64,000 nucleotides of DNA, taken from Harriotta raleighana (lineage: Eukaryota). Of this stretch, positions 1 to 13,943 are shown one piece after another. The position numbers and the translations under genes are program-made. Numbering within the stretch: the stretch's first letter is position 1; each line of letters begins with the position of its first letter. The notes below the pieces were generated by a model. The model searched no databases and was not told the DNA's origin. It saw nothing but the letters and a program-made list of their open reading frames with translations. The stretch covers positions 312,298 through 376,297 of the forward strand of contig JBNZDD010013727.1 of assembly GCA_050575255.1 (NCBI GenBank), given 5' to 3'.

Positions 1-510
1 CATGAGCAGGGAGGGAGGGTCGGAGATATGAGGAGGGGGAAGGAAAGTGGGAGAGGGGGAAGAGTCGTGGGGGAGCCAAAGGCGCGGTCGAAAAGGAAGG
101 TCTTGAGACCGGCCTTGANAAGGCACGGTCGAAAAGGAAAGTCTTGAGACCGGCCTTGAAGGAGGAAAGGGAGGAAACAAGGTGGAGACACTGACTCCAG
201 TGATGGAGTTCCATAGTGTGGGGGCAGAGAGGCTGAAGCCTGGCCACCGATGGTTGGGCGGTTAGGGTGGTGGACGCGGAGCAGGCCTGAGTCTGCTGAA
301 TGGAGGGTGTGGGCAGGCTGTTAGGGAGACAGCAGGTCAGAGAGATAGGCAGGGGCAAGGCCGTGAGTGGCTTTGAAAGTGAGAACGTGGATCTTGAATT
401 CGATCCTCTGGGGTATGGGGAGCCAGTGGAGACAGGCGAGGGTGTCTGTTCAGCGCCTTGTTACGTTTTCCCGATGTGCTATACAAATTAATTTTGATGT
501 TATTGTTGTT
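1..510 (-). mobile_element. L2 LINE 3' fragment (minus), with a short plus-strand L2 tail at about 445-510
   Basis: Reverse complement of the L2 3' region seen at 5380 and 25395 (ggagttcca..ggggc..ggctgaag, ggatcttgaatt.gatcctctggg). Confidence 0.75.
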
Positions 511-1199
511 CGTATTTTTTTAAAAACCTATTTATTTATTTAAAAGCAATTAATAATTATTCAATCTATCTCAAGCAATGACAAAACAATCTACAAGGAC
601 TCAAAACAAAGGAACTGTGTTGTATTGTTCTGCACTTCACTGATGCCTTCACTTCACAGAGCATCCATCGCTCATGAGGCAGCATTCAATTACAAAGAAC
701 AGATGTCAAGTTCATGGTTAGGTTGTGGATAGAGCTCCAAAAGGAAAAAGAAAAGAAAGGATTACTATCTTTCCTTCCATCTGGTTCTCTGAATGTTTCC
801 TAGGCATAACATAATGAAATATGTGATGTATTATATTTACTGGTGTTGGAAAAAGGTATTTCATTTTCTGTTTGTTTTGAGTTGACATCCTAACCATATT
901 TAAAAGAGATTTGAGTAAATGTGAGAAAAATTAGAATGAATGGATATTGGGGAAAGAACAGGGTAATAGGATTAGAGTTGGGAGCTCCCAGTGTGTAAAC
1001 TGGCACCAGTACCTGAACAATTTTGCACAAATAACTGCGTATTCTGCAAATTATCATTGATTTTATTGTATGTTAAGGGTATGTGTGTATATTGGTATAT
1101 TAGTGAGAATTATTGCATATGAAACAATGTCTTGTGATACCATTGAAACACCTCAAAACCCTTGATTTATGGTGTAGTGTAGCAACTACATACAGTATG

Positions 1200-1480
1200 T
1201 CTTCGTGAACTCAGCAGCCAATTTGGGCAGAAAAATAGTCAACAGACATGCACCGATTGTCATGAAGATAAATAATCTTTTATTATGCAGAGGATTGTTG
1301 GCAACTCCCTTCTCTTTTCGAATAGTATCATAGGATCTTTGTTGTCCACCTCCCGAGGCAGATGAGAACTTAGTTTAAGATTTCATCTGAAGCATGGAAT
1401 CTACAATAAAGCAAATCACCCCCAGAACTGCTCAGGCCTTCAGCCCAGAATCTTCTCAGAGTTAATGCTACTCACTCAGA
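1200..1480 (-). mobile_element. Old DeuSINE (SacSINE-like) fragment
   Basis: Degenerate reverse complement of the copy at 6470 (cagccaatt, ggatcttt..gtccacct). Confidence 0.55.
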
Positions 1481-2059
1481 CAGTCTGTTACTTTTCTGAC
1501 CTATTTGTGCCTTTAAAGAGAGTCTAGTTTGTGAGTTTGCAATTTTCTTACTGTTTAACAATTAATTTATAGGAGTTTCAAAGATTGAGAATTTTGTAAA
1601 TCACAAAATCCACAAGCAAAATGCATTTATGGTATTTGCTTTGTGCTTGATATTACTCCACCAGCTGAGATAGCAACTGCCCTCCAGCTGGACATACTTC
1701 AGCTATTCTTGACATGATTTAAACTAAAGATGTACAACTTGGCAATATCCTAGACAATGGAAAATTTTATATTTGAGCAGACGTGGGCTTGGGAAGAAGA
1801 GAGGTACAGAGATTATGTCAACTCTCATAATTGAAAAGTAGGTACATTTTAACTTGCAAATCCATCCATGCGTAAAACATCAGTTATTGCAGCAAACAAG
1901 CAATTATAGATACTTCTATTGTTTACTGCTAGCAGGTTCTCAGCAGGCCAGATTCTTGCCCCCGTTTGCAATTCTGTTTAAATACACTTATATTCATCGA
2001 TTTCTAGGATATAATCAGTAGGCCTTTAAGATGATGGTTGTTTTTCAGCAGATCAAGTG

Positions 2060-2612
2060 TCGGTCTGGCTGAGTTGGTAGCACTCTCATCTCTGAGTCAG
2101 AAAGTTAAGTTCAAGCCCCACAGTTTGGCTGACAATGCAATGCTGGGAGTGTGCTGCTACTTTTTGGAGATGCTGTCCTTAAATTAAGGTCACATCTACC
2201 TGATCAGGTGGACATTAAAAATCCCATGGCAATTTTTGAAAAGGGAAGGAAGTTTCTCCAGCAGATCGACCTAACAATCTTCCAGATCAAATTGATCATT
2301 CAGTTTAATCAACCTGGAGCACTCACCTTACAAACATGAGACTGTGTTCGAATCTAGGCAGGGCAGAGCAAAACCTTGGGTAAGTTTTCTTACTCCACCC
2401 GCCTAATAATCAGCACTTTGGGACATCCTCCCGATGTGAAAGGCGCTATACAAGTACAATTTTGTTATTGTGTAATAATAATCCCTCCAAAGCACCACAA
2501 TAATAAAAATTGGTCATCTCAATCCATGACTGTTTATGGGACACTGCTGTGTGCAATTGGCTGCCGCGTTCCGCCCACAAGTATACAGTCAATTTACTTT
2601 ACAGTATATTCT
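2060..2612 (+). mobile_element. Old DeuSINE 5' part followed by a younger SINE copy interrupted by an L2 tail
   Basis: gagttggtagcactctcatctctgagtcagaa head. The second SINE runs from about 2315 and carries an L2 3' tail (about 2412-2470) inside its taataatc run. Confidence 0.7.
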
Positions 2613-4624
2613 GCGCAGAGGGAGGGGGGAGTGAGGCCATGGAGGGCTTTGAAGGTAAGGACTAGGATCTTGAATTGTAAGATCCTGACTAACTGGGCCA
2701 TCCCACTCAGGATACATTGCACAACTGTCCCAGGAATACTCAGGAGCAGAAGAGGTCTTTTTCACTCTACTCAGTCCAGGGAATTTTTTTGTGTTATTTT
2801 TTAAAGAATTATTTTGGTGATGAGATCACAACAAATAATATTGTTCATTTCAAGATTGTAATGTTGTTACCTGAACAGACTTTAGCTCTCAGCGAATATG
2901 GTACAATCAAAACAAGTACACAGTGAAACAACAGCTTTTTGTACTTTAAACCTCAGTGTTTTTACCAAAACAATAAAAATATTGATATTTATTTGAAGCA
3001 GGTAGATTAAATAGAATAAATAATCCTTACATTTAATATAACGCCTTTCATGTTATATTACTATTGTATTTTTCAGCATTCACTGCCAAGACAACATATG
3101 AATAATTGATACTTGCAATCATACTGGCCAATATACACCACAGTAGAAGGATAAAAGGAATAAAATGCCTTTGGAAGAGGAGGTGAGACCAGAAGTATTT
3201 TCTAGGAAAAAACGTATTGTAAACTTTACTTATAATGTTTCTTTATTTTAGCTCCATTAATAATAATCCTTACATTTCAAGGGAACATCACATTCCAAAC
3301 CATGCCTCCATGTACACGCAATACTATTGGATACCACTGAATAGCAGTTGCTATTATTATTAGCTTGCTATAGCTTTTTAAAAAATATTGAACTATGTTT
3401 CTTTAGCTGCTGAAAAATGGCTTTATAGGTGACCAATCGAAGGCTCAAACAGGTAAATTAACAGAGCTGTATAGCTGTGAAATTCTGCAGCTATTTTAGA
3501 CCAAACCAGGAAATGGATACAGACAGTCCGCACAGGCAATCATGCCAAAACATGAACTCGCCTGTGCTCTAAGGCAAAAACAACAGATAAAACAGAACAT
3601 TGATAATGCAAGGAGTATTATTATTATTATTATAAAGTTTCATATCACTGGCATCTTCAGCAAATCGGGCGTGTTCAAATAAATCACACAAGTACACATT
3701 TAAACCAGCTTAAACATCCGCTGAGAGTTCTATTTTACCGGTGTCATTTTACTGAGCATCTTATTTCCCCACCTCTCCATCTTTCTTGGTCAATATTCTT
3801 CCCATCCTGAGGTGGCTGACTCTTCTTTCATCTTTCCACAGAACGTAAAGAAAACCATTCCAGCAGATTGCCTTTCAGATCCTTACCTTCATTGTCAAAT
3901 TCCCTCACAGTCTTAGCTGCTTTTGTCAGTCCAATGACCAACTAGTGATTAGGCACCTTGTTGGAGTGGGGGAGGGGAGGTAAGTGAAAGGACTATGGAA
4001 AATGCAGCATATGTAGGCAGATTGTTTAGTGAAGTAAATGTAATTGTTATAGAAGAGCGAGAATATCCATAATAATTCAAGAAGTACTGTACTATATTCC
4101 CTGGAGCTGAGCAAAATTGAATAGAGTAGATTCTCTTTGACCTGATTAGTCAAGTTTGTCCACATTACTCTAAATGCACATGATGACAGACCAGCCAGCC
4201 TGGCTTGTCGGCAGGATGTGGAGAAGCACATAATGCAGGAAGTACTAATTTACTCATATCTGCCAATTCTCAAATACGACCTCTATGCATTTGCAAAATT
4301 ATGGCAGGCAATAAGAATCAAAGTGCGCTGTAACATCCTTAAAGAGTATCAAAACAGGTCCTAAAGAGTACTGCAAGAGAAAGCACATAAAAAGAGTGCC
4401 AGCATGCCAGGTCAAGTTGTATTGAAAAAGCAGTGAACAATTGGCCTGGTAGACTGAAGTTAGGCCTAATGTCCTTTTAATGTGCCCTTAAAGCATTTTA
4501 TTACCCATTTGAAAAATAGTATAGTAATAATACCTCCTAAATTCTGACGGATGTTTTTACTCTTTTACAGCAATTCTGTTTAATTCACTAAACCAATCTG
4601 CACACATATGCTGCATTTGCTATA

Positions 4625-5335
4625 ATCCTTTACAATTTTAAAGGATTTGTGTAAGTGAATGTTTGAAGGTGGCAAGACAGGTAGATAAGGCTGTTAAAAA
4701 AAGCATACGGGATACTAGGATTTATAAATAGGATAAATAAATAGAGTACAAAAGTCAGGATGTTCTGATTAACCTCTGTAAAATTTTGAATACTGTGTTC
4801 AATTCTGATCACCACACTTTAGGAAGGATGTTCAGGCATTGGAACAGGTGCAGAGGAGATTTACCAGGATGGTACCAGGAATGAGGGACTTCAGTTATGA
4901 GGAAAGGCTAGAGAGGCTAGGCTTATTCTCATTGGAGCAGAGAAGGTTACGAGGAGAACTAATAGAGGTTTTCAAGATCATGACGGGATTCGATAGGGTA
5001 AACAGGGAAAAACAGTTTCCACTGGTGGGTGTGTCAGTGACCCGAGGTCACAGATTTAAAATGTTTTCTAAAAGAAGCAGAGGGTAGGTGAGGGGAAATG
5101 TTTTCACTCAGCAAGTTGTTCGAATCTGGAATGCATTGCCTGAAAAGGTGGTGGAGGCCGATTCGATAACAACTTTTAAAAGAGAGGTAGATGTTTATTT
5201 GGGGAGGACGGGTTTGCACGGTTATGGGGAGAGAGCTGGGGAGTGGGATTGAATTGCTCTTTTCAAAAAGCCAGCACAGACTCGATGGGCCGAATGGCTT
5301 CCTTTTGTGTCATAAGATTCCATGATTCTATGATT
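4625..5335 (+). mobile_element. CR1 LINE 3' end (ORF2 C-terminus and 3' UTR)
   Basis: ORF EQVQRRFTRMVPGMRDFSYEERLERLGLFSLEQRRLRGELIEVFKI...TRGH, 3' hairpin gggccgaatggc and (gattctat)n tail. Confidence 0.93.
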
Positions 5336-5379
5336 TGGGGAAATAATAGGAGTTTCAGTGATACAGATCAGAATTAAAT

Positions 5380-5985
5380 TTTCATAATGCTTCCCTCCAC
5401 AAGCTGCACATCATCCAGAACTCTGCATCTTGTGTCCTCTCCCACATCATGCTCTGTGATCCCCCACCAAAATCCTTCCCCCCGACTCCAATGGCTTCCC
5501 AACCCGAGAAGATAGAGTTAAAAATGCTCATGTCCACCTTCAAGACCCACCACAGCCTTGCTCCTCCCCATTTCTGCAATCTGCTGGCCCCATATCAATA
5601 ATAATTGATATTATTGCTGGCCCCATATCAACCTGTCCACTCCCTCTGCTCAACAGACCCTCCGCTTCACAACCCCAGCCCAGCCCTCTACACCATTGGC
5701 CTTCAGACTTTCTGCCCCCACTCTATGGAACCCCATCCCACAGTCCCTTCACCTCACTCTCTCGCTTGACTCCTTCAAGACACATCTCAAAACCCTCCTT
5801 TTCGCCCGAGCCATTATCCACCCTACCTCAAACTTCTCCCCCAATCAGGTCCAAATCCCTGACTGTCCANTCATTATCCAGCCTCCTGCCCACCTCACCC
5901 CACCCCAAACTTCTCCCCCAATCAGGTCCAAATCCCTGACTGTCCAGTGCCTTGGTACGTTCTCCCGACGAGAGACACTATATGG
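5380..5985 (+). mobile_element. L2 LINE 3' fragment
   Basis: Peptide AFRLSAPTLWNPIPQSL...SFKTHLKTLLF typical of the L2 ORF2 end, followed by a degenerate L2 tail. Confidence 0.85.
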
Positions 5986-6469
5986 TACTGATGATTATAT
6001 GATAGAATTGCCTATCAACTGTTGGCAATCTGTTACAAAGGCAGACAGGAAAGACATGCAAGCTTTGTTCCTGGAAAAAGTCATCTTTCACTCTGTCTTC
6101 AGAGAATTTTGTTCCGGTTTTCTGAATTTTATAATATTGTACATCAATGCATTTACCTAGAAAGACATTCCACTTCACAGTAAAATCCCGTGTAGTGTTG
6201 TGAGACATTTTCTGACATGAAAAGCACTATACCTAATGCAACTAGATTATTACAGTATATTATTATCTATATTGGTTATTGGATGTAAAAACTATTTTCT
6301 GATATATTGTTCAATAAACTGATCAATTAATCAAAGTAAAGATTTAATTAGTTTATGAAGGGAATCTTTGTTCAACTAAAATTGTTAAAAAGAATGCTGA
6401 TTATTTTGGAAAACAAAATTTCCCTTCAGTTCATTTCTGTTTGAGCTTTGGGATGTCTATGTGTGTCAA

Positions 6470-6890
6470 TCCAGCCTATTTGGTCGCACTCCCCCCTCTG
6501 AGTCAGAAGATTGCGGGTTCAAGCTTTAGGACACAAACTCATTCTAAATTAACACTCCAATGCAGGCTGGCAGTGCATTGCATTGCCGGAATTGCCATCC
6601 TTCAGATGACTCCATAAGTAAAAGCCCCATCTGCCTATTCAGGTGGACAATAAAAATGCTATTTCAGGAGCAACAGTTGAAAAGCAAGTTTTCCCAGAGT
6701 CCTGGCTAATAATCCTCTAAATAAAAGTGTTCATTCATTCCATAGTCGTTGGTGGCACACTGCTGTGTGCAACTGGGGTGCTTCGTTTACCAACAAATAC
6801 AGGCACTCCACTTCAGAGTAAAATCCTGTGAAGGGCTTTAAGACATTCTCCTGATATAAAAGGCACTATACAAATGCAGGATTATTGAGC
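6470..6890 (+). mobile_element. Old DeuSINE (SacSINE-like), near full length
   Basis: tRNA-like head (cctctgagtcagaagattgcgggttcaag), caggtggac..aaa core, Deu motif ctgctgtgtgcaactgg, L2-like tail. Confidence 0.75.
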
Positions 6891-7973
6891 ATTTGGTGGG
6901 ATTAATTGATCTGGTCAGTGGAAGAGAACCCAACTGATAGATCCATTAAACTTAATTTGTGTATTTCTTAATTCAGTTTCCTTGTACCAATGAGATCAGA
7001 AATTCCCCTGAGCCATTCTCTCAATAGCATTTGCATTCATGGTTGGAACTTTAAAAATCAAAAGAACTGGAGGGGGAGAAAAATCAAATGGATGTTAAGG
7101 TTGATCCTATTTGAACTAGTTTTTAACTAGTTTTTAACCGTGCTCTTGATAAAACTCCTTGTTTAAGTTGTAGTAAATGTGCTGAGCACTATTGAAAATA
7201 AACATTACCATAGACATCTTGTATTTTTCAAAATCTAATATATTTTACATCAAGTATCTATGAAATTACAATTGGGATAAATCTCATACAATGATCAATC
7301 ACAAAGATGCATTAAGTTACACTAAGTAATCACCAACTTTATTTCTCTACTTAACATTTATGGTAACTCCTACAAAAGTTAAAAAAAAGTGCATTGAAAT
7401 ATTAGTTACTTCATGTTTAATCTCAAATATTTATCAAAATATTATTCTGAATTCACATTTTCAAGATGGATTAATAACTACATTCTGTGACCAGGCAAGG
7501 AAATAGAAAATAAAAATCTTTAACTAAATAAAACATCTACAGAAAGTGAGAACAATGGTACTCTTTTATGTAAGTTAACTCAGAAATATTTGAAAACTGA
7601 AAACGGATCCAAATTTCCTATTTAAATGAAGTTAAATGAGATTTCTTTGATCCGATTGTTAATCTTTATACAGGTCCTTTCTTCTAATATTTTTCTGAAA
7701 TATTTGAACAACGCTCAGTTGAAGAGCTCAAATGGTATTCAGTGTAACTGTGATTTATGACAGATGTAAATTAATTAAAATATAGGCACTCCATTTCAGT
7801 GGGAGAGTCCTACCTAAAACTGTCTCATGGTGACAAGTACACAAAACAACAAATGTGGCATACAAAAGCAAAAGTAATACTTAGTTAGTAAAAGATATAA
7901 AGTGTATTTAGAAATAGGCATTGTGGAGTTATACAACTACGCTTTTCCATTAAGTGGCACAGCTATCAATTAA

Positions 7974-8303
7974 GTGGAGCTCCTGTGGCTTAGTGGTTAG
8001 AGCACTCGCCTTACAAGCGTGAGACCTGTGTTCGAATCCAGGCAGATCAGGGCGAAACCTTGGGCAAGTTTCCTTACTCCACACACCTAATAATAATCCC
8101 TCCAAAAAAACCACAATAATAAAATTGATCATTTCAATCTATGACTGTTTGTGGGACACTGCTGTGCGCAATTGGCTGCCGCGTTCCGCCCACAAATATA
8201 CAGTCAATTCACTTTACAGTATATTCTGTGAAGCGCTTTGGGACGTTGATAAGATGTGAAAAGCGCTATATCAAATGCAAGGATTATTATTATTATTATT
8301 ATT
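7974..8303 (+). mobile_element. Young tRNA-derived Deu-domain SINE, full length
   Basis: A box tggcttagtgg, B box gttcgaatc, Deu motif tgctgtgcgcaattggctgccgcgtt, L2-like tail agcgctttgggacg..aaagcgctatat and (att)n. Many copies in the window. Confidence 0.92.
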
Positions 8304-8715
8304 GTAGAACTGTACTACCAATACAGCTATCCTTTCATTTATAAGCAGCAATGGTGACAGTTCACTCACAAACAACACAGACACTATACATTACAGTATA
8401 CCGTATCCCACAAATCTCTTTGAGGCACTGTGATGATGCTTTGAGGAGCTTCATCAAATGCCTACAAGGCCAATGAATGGCCACGCAAAGGGTGAGCATA
8501 AGTCAGTCAATTCCTGGGCACCTGCTAACGGAAGCTTTCCGTCTCCTCCTGGTCACTCCATAGGTAGATGTGGGGGGGTGGAGAGTTGAACCCCAACTCG
8601 CCCAAGTCACCCACTACCTATGTATCTTTTATAAACGGGGAGCCCTTTTCATGGGGCTGTTTGGGAACCATTGGAAGGAGTATTCTGGGGATTTCCTGAA
8701 TAACTAGTTTTGGAA

Positions 8716-9030
8716 CAACAACAACAAAATTACACTTGTATAGCATCTTTCACATCAGGAGGACGTCCCAAGGTGCTGGACGGTGATTGTTTCAGAATCG
8801 GACTGGGTTCGGGGGCGGGGAGGATGGAGATAAAAGGGGGGATTTGGGGTGACCGATGGGACCAACGAAGAGAAGGGTCTTGAGGCGGGACTTGAAGTGA
8901 GAGGGCGAGGTGGAGAGACTGTGGGATGGAGTTCCAGAGGTTAGGGGCAAAGTAGCTGAAAGCTCACTTGCCAATGGTGGGTTGGGTGAGTCAGGAGACA
9001 TGGAATAAGCCGGAGCACGCTGAGTGGAGG
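8716..9030 (-). mobile_element. L2 LINE 3' end
   Basis: (aac)n tail, terminal hairpin, FKSRLKTLLF peptide. Confidence 0.85.
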
Positions 9031-11670
9031 GGGAAACTTTCAAACAAGAAACTTTCAGGTATATTAATCACATATTATACAGTAGCACTACTGTTAATAT
9101 TCCTTAAAGCTTCACTTTGATTAGTGTAGTCATTTTTGTGGTTTGAATTGTTCATTATGACACATGTAAAGCCCATAAATGTGGAAAGTGGTTTTCCATA
9201 TGAATGATCCTACAGTGTCTCAGAGACAATCCCAGACAATCTGCTCTGGTATCCCCTGCTCCATGCATAATTTGTAAAGTGACGACCCTTTTTGAGCCGA
9301 AAACCCAAGTGTGTTATTTAAGCATACAATACTGAATGCCTTAATCCACATGAGTTTATGACCAGAATCACTCATGAAATAAAAACTGTATTAAGGGAAA
9401 AGGTATTCAATATCTTCCAGCATCAGCAATTCTCAAGCTGCATCTTAATTCCCAGAATGAAATTAAGTCAACCATAAACTATCCGATACACAGGAACCTA
9501 TCTGAAAGTCATAAGGCTGATTTTTTAGTTCCTATTTATTTTCTCCCTTCAATATTCTCCCCTCCTCTTCCGAAGCTACTTAATTTTGCTGGGATTCATG
9601 TGCATGCATTGTTCGCACTCTGGTAGTTTGCCATGTCTAAGTGCTTGGCAGCCTTTTCAGTATGGAAGATACCATAGCTAAACCCAAACTCACCCCAACT
9701 CAATCAAGCTGATTTTCAAAGAACATGGAGGTCAACTGAAGTACAGACTAGAGATTGACCTGGCGCTTTCTGGATTTATTGCTCAGTTTCACAAAGCACT
9801 TCAAAGCAAGTACTGTAAAGAGTAGTGACGATTGAATATGCCTGCGCATTTGCAGATAAACGTGGTCTACTGGCTCCTATCCATCAATCAAAGGAGGTTC
9901 CAGTGCAGTGTGGCCAACTAATGGCACGTGGCCTATAAGTCACCCATGGTGACATCAAAAAATAGTCTGGCGAACATTCACACTAGTCTAGGTAAGTCTG
10001 TGCTAAATCAATGTTTTGTTTCCAGGAGCTATTGAGTAGCAATTTATGTGGCCATAAATAACAAATTATTCAATTAAGGAAAAAATATTTTGTTGGTGAA
10101 CCAAAAGGCCACCAATGCTTTAGAGGTTTCTTTTATAAATTATTTTGTATTGTATTCTTTTGCTGGTCCAATAACAGAGAAACTAAATCCCTGAACCATT
10201 GATGCCAAGTGATGAACTGAAAATTATTTTTAAAATCAAAAATAAGATTCCAGTTACAGTGACAGCAGTATCCAGTAAATGACCAGGACACAGAGGCTGC
10301 AATTGCTAGACCACATATCACACTAGATCATATTTCATGAACAGGTCTGTGCTGAAGAAAATACATTACTTTTATCAATAAAACTGTCTCTCAGAGAAAA
10401 GGTAATTTCCATCTCTATTGGCACTTTCAAAAGTTCCTGGATATGATATTTTAAGCACAATCCTACCTGATTACTTTTTACCCCCTCAACTGAAACAGGG
10501 ATTATATATTTCAGGGGATATACAAAGGGATTATGAACCTGCTACCAACAAAGAGGTCCTTTCAAAGATCCAGGATTACCATCTTCCTCTCTGGATTGAG
10601 CCCTTGTTGTTATTAGAGTTATGGCAGAGAAGAAATATTAGAAGGGGCCTTTTAATATATAATGAAAGAGGACTATTTGGACATTGAGATTTCCTAACAA
10701 CTGGTCTGCCAGATTTGAAATTGAACCTCTGAAAATGCAGTTTGGATGAGATAAAAATAGCCCACAAAATATAAAGTCAACCCACCTTACATACAGTAAA
10801 TTTTGTGAGACATCTCATTGATGTGATATCAAATGCAATGACCATTATTGTAGAAGTGGAATAGGGTCAAATTGTAACCCCAAATTTAAAGAATGTTTAA
10901 GGAGCTTTTCTCCACTAGCAGGGATGACGCAGAGTTTCAAGATTTATAATTACCAATCCATGCACATCTAAAAACAAATAGCTTGAAAAGAGACAAGATA
11001 CGAAATTAAGCAATTTTAAGTATGCCTATCCTGAGAAAGAATTCAATGCTTTTGTCTTTTTGGGGAAGAAAGTAGTGTGGATATTGTGGCATTATGGTGG
11101 GGTTATGCTAGGGTTGAAGGGCTTTTTACATTTATACCCCTCAGCGTAATAATCATAATCCTTGCACTTGATATAGCATCTTATTAAGTATTTGAGACAT
11201 CTCCAGTTCCTTAGTAATGATTTGCTAAAGCATCTTCCTTATGTTTGGCAATGGAGAAATGGTCTGAGGATCTGAGGATAATCCAGATCATATTTCATTC
11301 ATGAACCAGTTGCAGTTGGCACAAGCTACATTTACCTTAAAGCCAGCCCCAAGTGATTCTAAGTGCTGACATGTGCCTGCACAATGAGCAGGAGCAGGAG
11401 CAGTACTGCTACAGAAGCTATAGACCAGACAGAGAAGCTGAATCAGAAATTGCAAACATTTTGGTACAAATCAATAGATGAGGCTGTTTCGAACCCACAG
11501 CAAGGATTGAACTGCAGTACTACTACTCAATTTCCACCAGAAGGCTACAATGTGGATGGACATGTTATATATAAAAATGCTGAAGGTGTCTAAGGAAGAG
11601 AAACAACAATCAAAACCCAGGAATACAGTGTGCTGAGTTTTGAGAATTAAATATTATTTAAATTTACAAT

Positions 11671-11960
11671 ATAATAATCCTTACATTTGAGATAACACTT
11701 TTCATGTCTTCTAGACATCGTAAAGGCGCTCCACAGAACATACTGTAAAGTGAATTGACTGTATATATGTGGGTGCAAAGCGGCAGCCAATTGCGCATAA
11801 CAGTGTCCCACAAACATTCATGGATTGAAAAGGACACATTTGTTTTTGAGGGATTATTGTTAGGGATGGAAACTTGCTGAGGTTTTGTCCTGCCTGGAAT
11901 TGAACCCAGGACTCTCGCTTGTTAGGCGAATACTCTAACCACTGAGCTACCAGGCTCCAC
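11671..11960 (-). mobile_element. Young tRNA-derived Deu SINE
   Basis: Reverse complement of the 7974 family, head to tail. Confidence 0.88.
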
Positions 11961-13748
11961 ACTGTAAAAATACAAGTCTTTCTAAATAGATTTTGGCTCT
12001 GCTTGGAACTTCATCTATTACGCACTTTAACTATAGTTGTTATACTATTGTCTTCAAGGCACACAGCAAAGCTCAGCTTTCATTGGGTCCTAGGCGGTAT
12101 CAACCATTTTAACAATTGAGAAGTGTCAATTTGTTATAATCAAAAACCAAAGCTGTTGGTTATAAAAGCCTTTCTAATGCTTATTTAGTGAATAACATCA
12201 AAGGGAAAGTCCAATCTGCCTTTACTAAACAGAGTCTAAAACAGCTATTTTATGAAAGAATTGGGGTTGAACACATCTTGAAATTTAAAACGTATGTGTG
12301 TGGATTAGAACTGTACCCGGATGTGCCAGAAGCAGACATCACAGAATTCTCAGTGCCAAAAGCCATGAAACCAGGTCATACCTTCAACTTTTGACTGGTG
12401 GATTTGATTGCCATTGGCAGGATTATAGCTCTTCATTGAATGAAAGACTCAGGAATAAAATCGCAATTCCCATGAAACCAAGTCAAATCCTTATTCGGCT
12501 CCAATCAATTGGAAGGATTATTATGGTCAATTCTGAAAGAATTTAAAAATATGGGACATATACTGTTGCAAAGTTTCAACAACCTCATCAGGATGGAAGT
12601 CTGTTGATACCAGATTGGTCTTTTCCATTCCTAATAATTGGCATTCATTTTGAAGGAAAAGTGTATAGTAGTATGCTTCAGTTGTCAATAAACTTGGTCA
12701 CTGATTATCACGAGTTTTACAATCATTTTGCTGATTGCCATTACTTTTTGTCGAACTGCTTTATAACATTCAGGGCACAAGTCTTGTCTGAACTTTCCTT
12801 TAAACCTCAATAACATTTCACTAAAATAACATGTATTGGAAATATTGGCTTAATTTTACTGACATATTCTTCAAAAAGTTTCCTAATTTTCCTTGTTTTA
12901 ATTTGATTCCAATAATTATGCTATTGGGACAGAGACTATTTATATAACCTATTCATCGTGCTTGGTCGTACTGCCTTGGGGATAGGCTTCCAGTGTAAAA
13001 TTAGCAAAGTTTATGGATGTGTTCTCAGAAAGAGAAATACTACTACCATTACCACAATTAGAAATCAGCAAGCTGTCAAAGATTCCTTCATGCTTTTTTT
13101 TCAATCCTTCACCCATTTTGTATAATTATAATTATTTTAAGATTTTCCACTTCAAACAAAATCAATTCACTCATTTGTGAAGAAGCAGAAACAAACAGAC
13201 GTGGCTCCCTACACAGCACTTGTGTTTCAAAGGAGTAGCACTATTTATAACTACATTCAAAAGACTTAACCTTCAAAGGGACCAAATCAGATTTGGAATG
13301 CTTGCAGGTCCTTAATTGTAATGGATTTTGATGGCAACCCACTAGGTAGACAATTTTAGACTCGATTTGAACCAAAGAAAAATTGCCTTTGCAAAATTCC
13401 CAGCCTCTGTCTTACACTTTAAAAAAAACTTACTGTTTCACGGCAGAAAATATCATCTTAAACTGTGACTAGATATTTTGCTTCAGTGCTTTAGCAGCGC
13501 AGTGTATTTTGTTTAAAGAATAGTAATAGAAGGTATTTTCAGTTTGGAATTTGCTTATTCAATTATGAGAAATTCATTTGTGCTTAGTGAAACCTTTCAC
13601 CAGTTCCTTGTGGCGAGAGTGTCTCAGTGATTTTGAAAAGGGATATTGCGGCAATGCCATTTCAGAATACATTATCTGTGAACATTAAGTTCAGGTGGAG
13701 GTTTTCAAATGTATGTAGCGGATACATCTGAGGAGATGCTGTGAGTTT

Positions 13749-13943
13749 TTAAACATAGTGCTCTGTCCGATGGATGTAGACCCTGTCATTTCTGACACTC
13801 CTGTGGCAGCTGCTCAGCTCTTGGGAAGGGAAATCCTTGTATGTTGGCTGCATCTGCTGCATGCAACTGGTCTCATCCGCTCTCTTTTGGTCTTGATCAT
13901 CATCTCCTGATGAATATCTGTGGTGACATTTACTTGCTCTGGT
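13749..13943 (-). CDS. NECTIN3: Nectin-3 beta terminal coding exon
   Basis: ctttattcccag|ACC (phase 0, compatible with the 19694 donor). Encodes TRASK...MQQMQPTY...NDRVYIHRTEHYV*, resembling mammalian ...QQMYPLY...RVYIDPREHYV, and ends in the E-x-Y-V PDZ ligand. Confidence 0.88.
   Translation of the reverse strand, partial: TRASKCHHRYSSGDDDQDQKRADETSCMQQMQPTYKDFPSQELSSCHRSVRNDRVYIHRTEHYV

Noticed and set aside
7974-8050. tRNA-Val/Ala-like genes at SINE heads
   Set aside because: Anticodon varies between copies (TAC, AAC, GAC, TGC), the acceptor stem is incomplete, and each runs into a SINE body.
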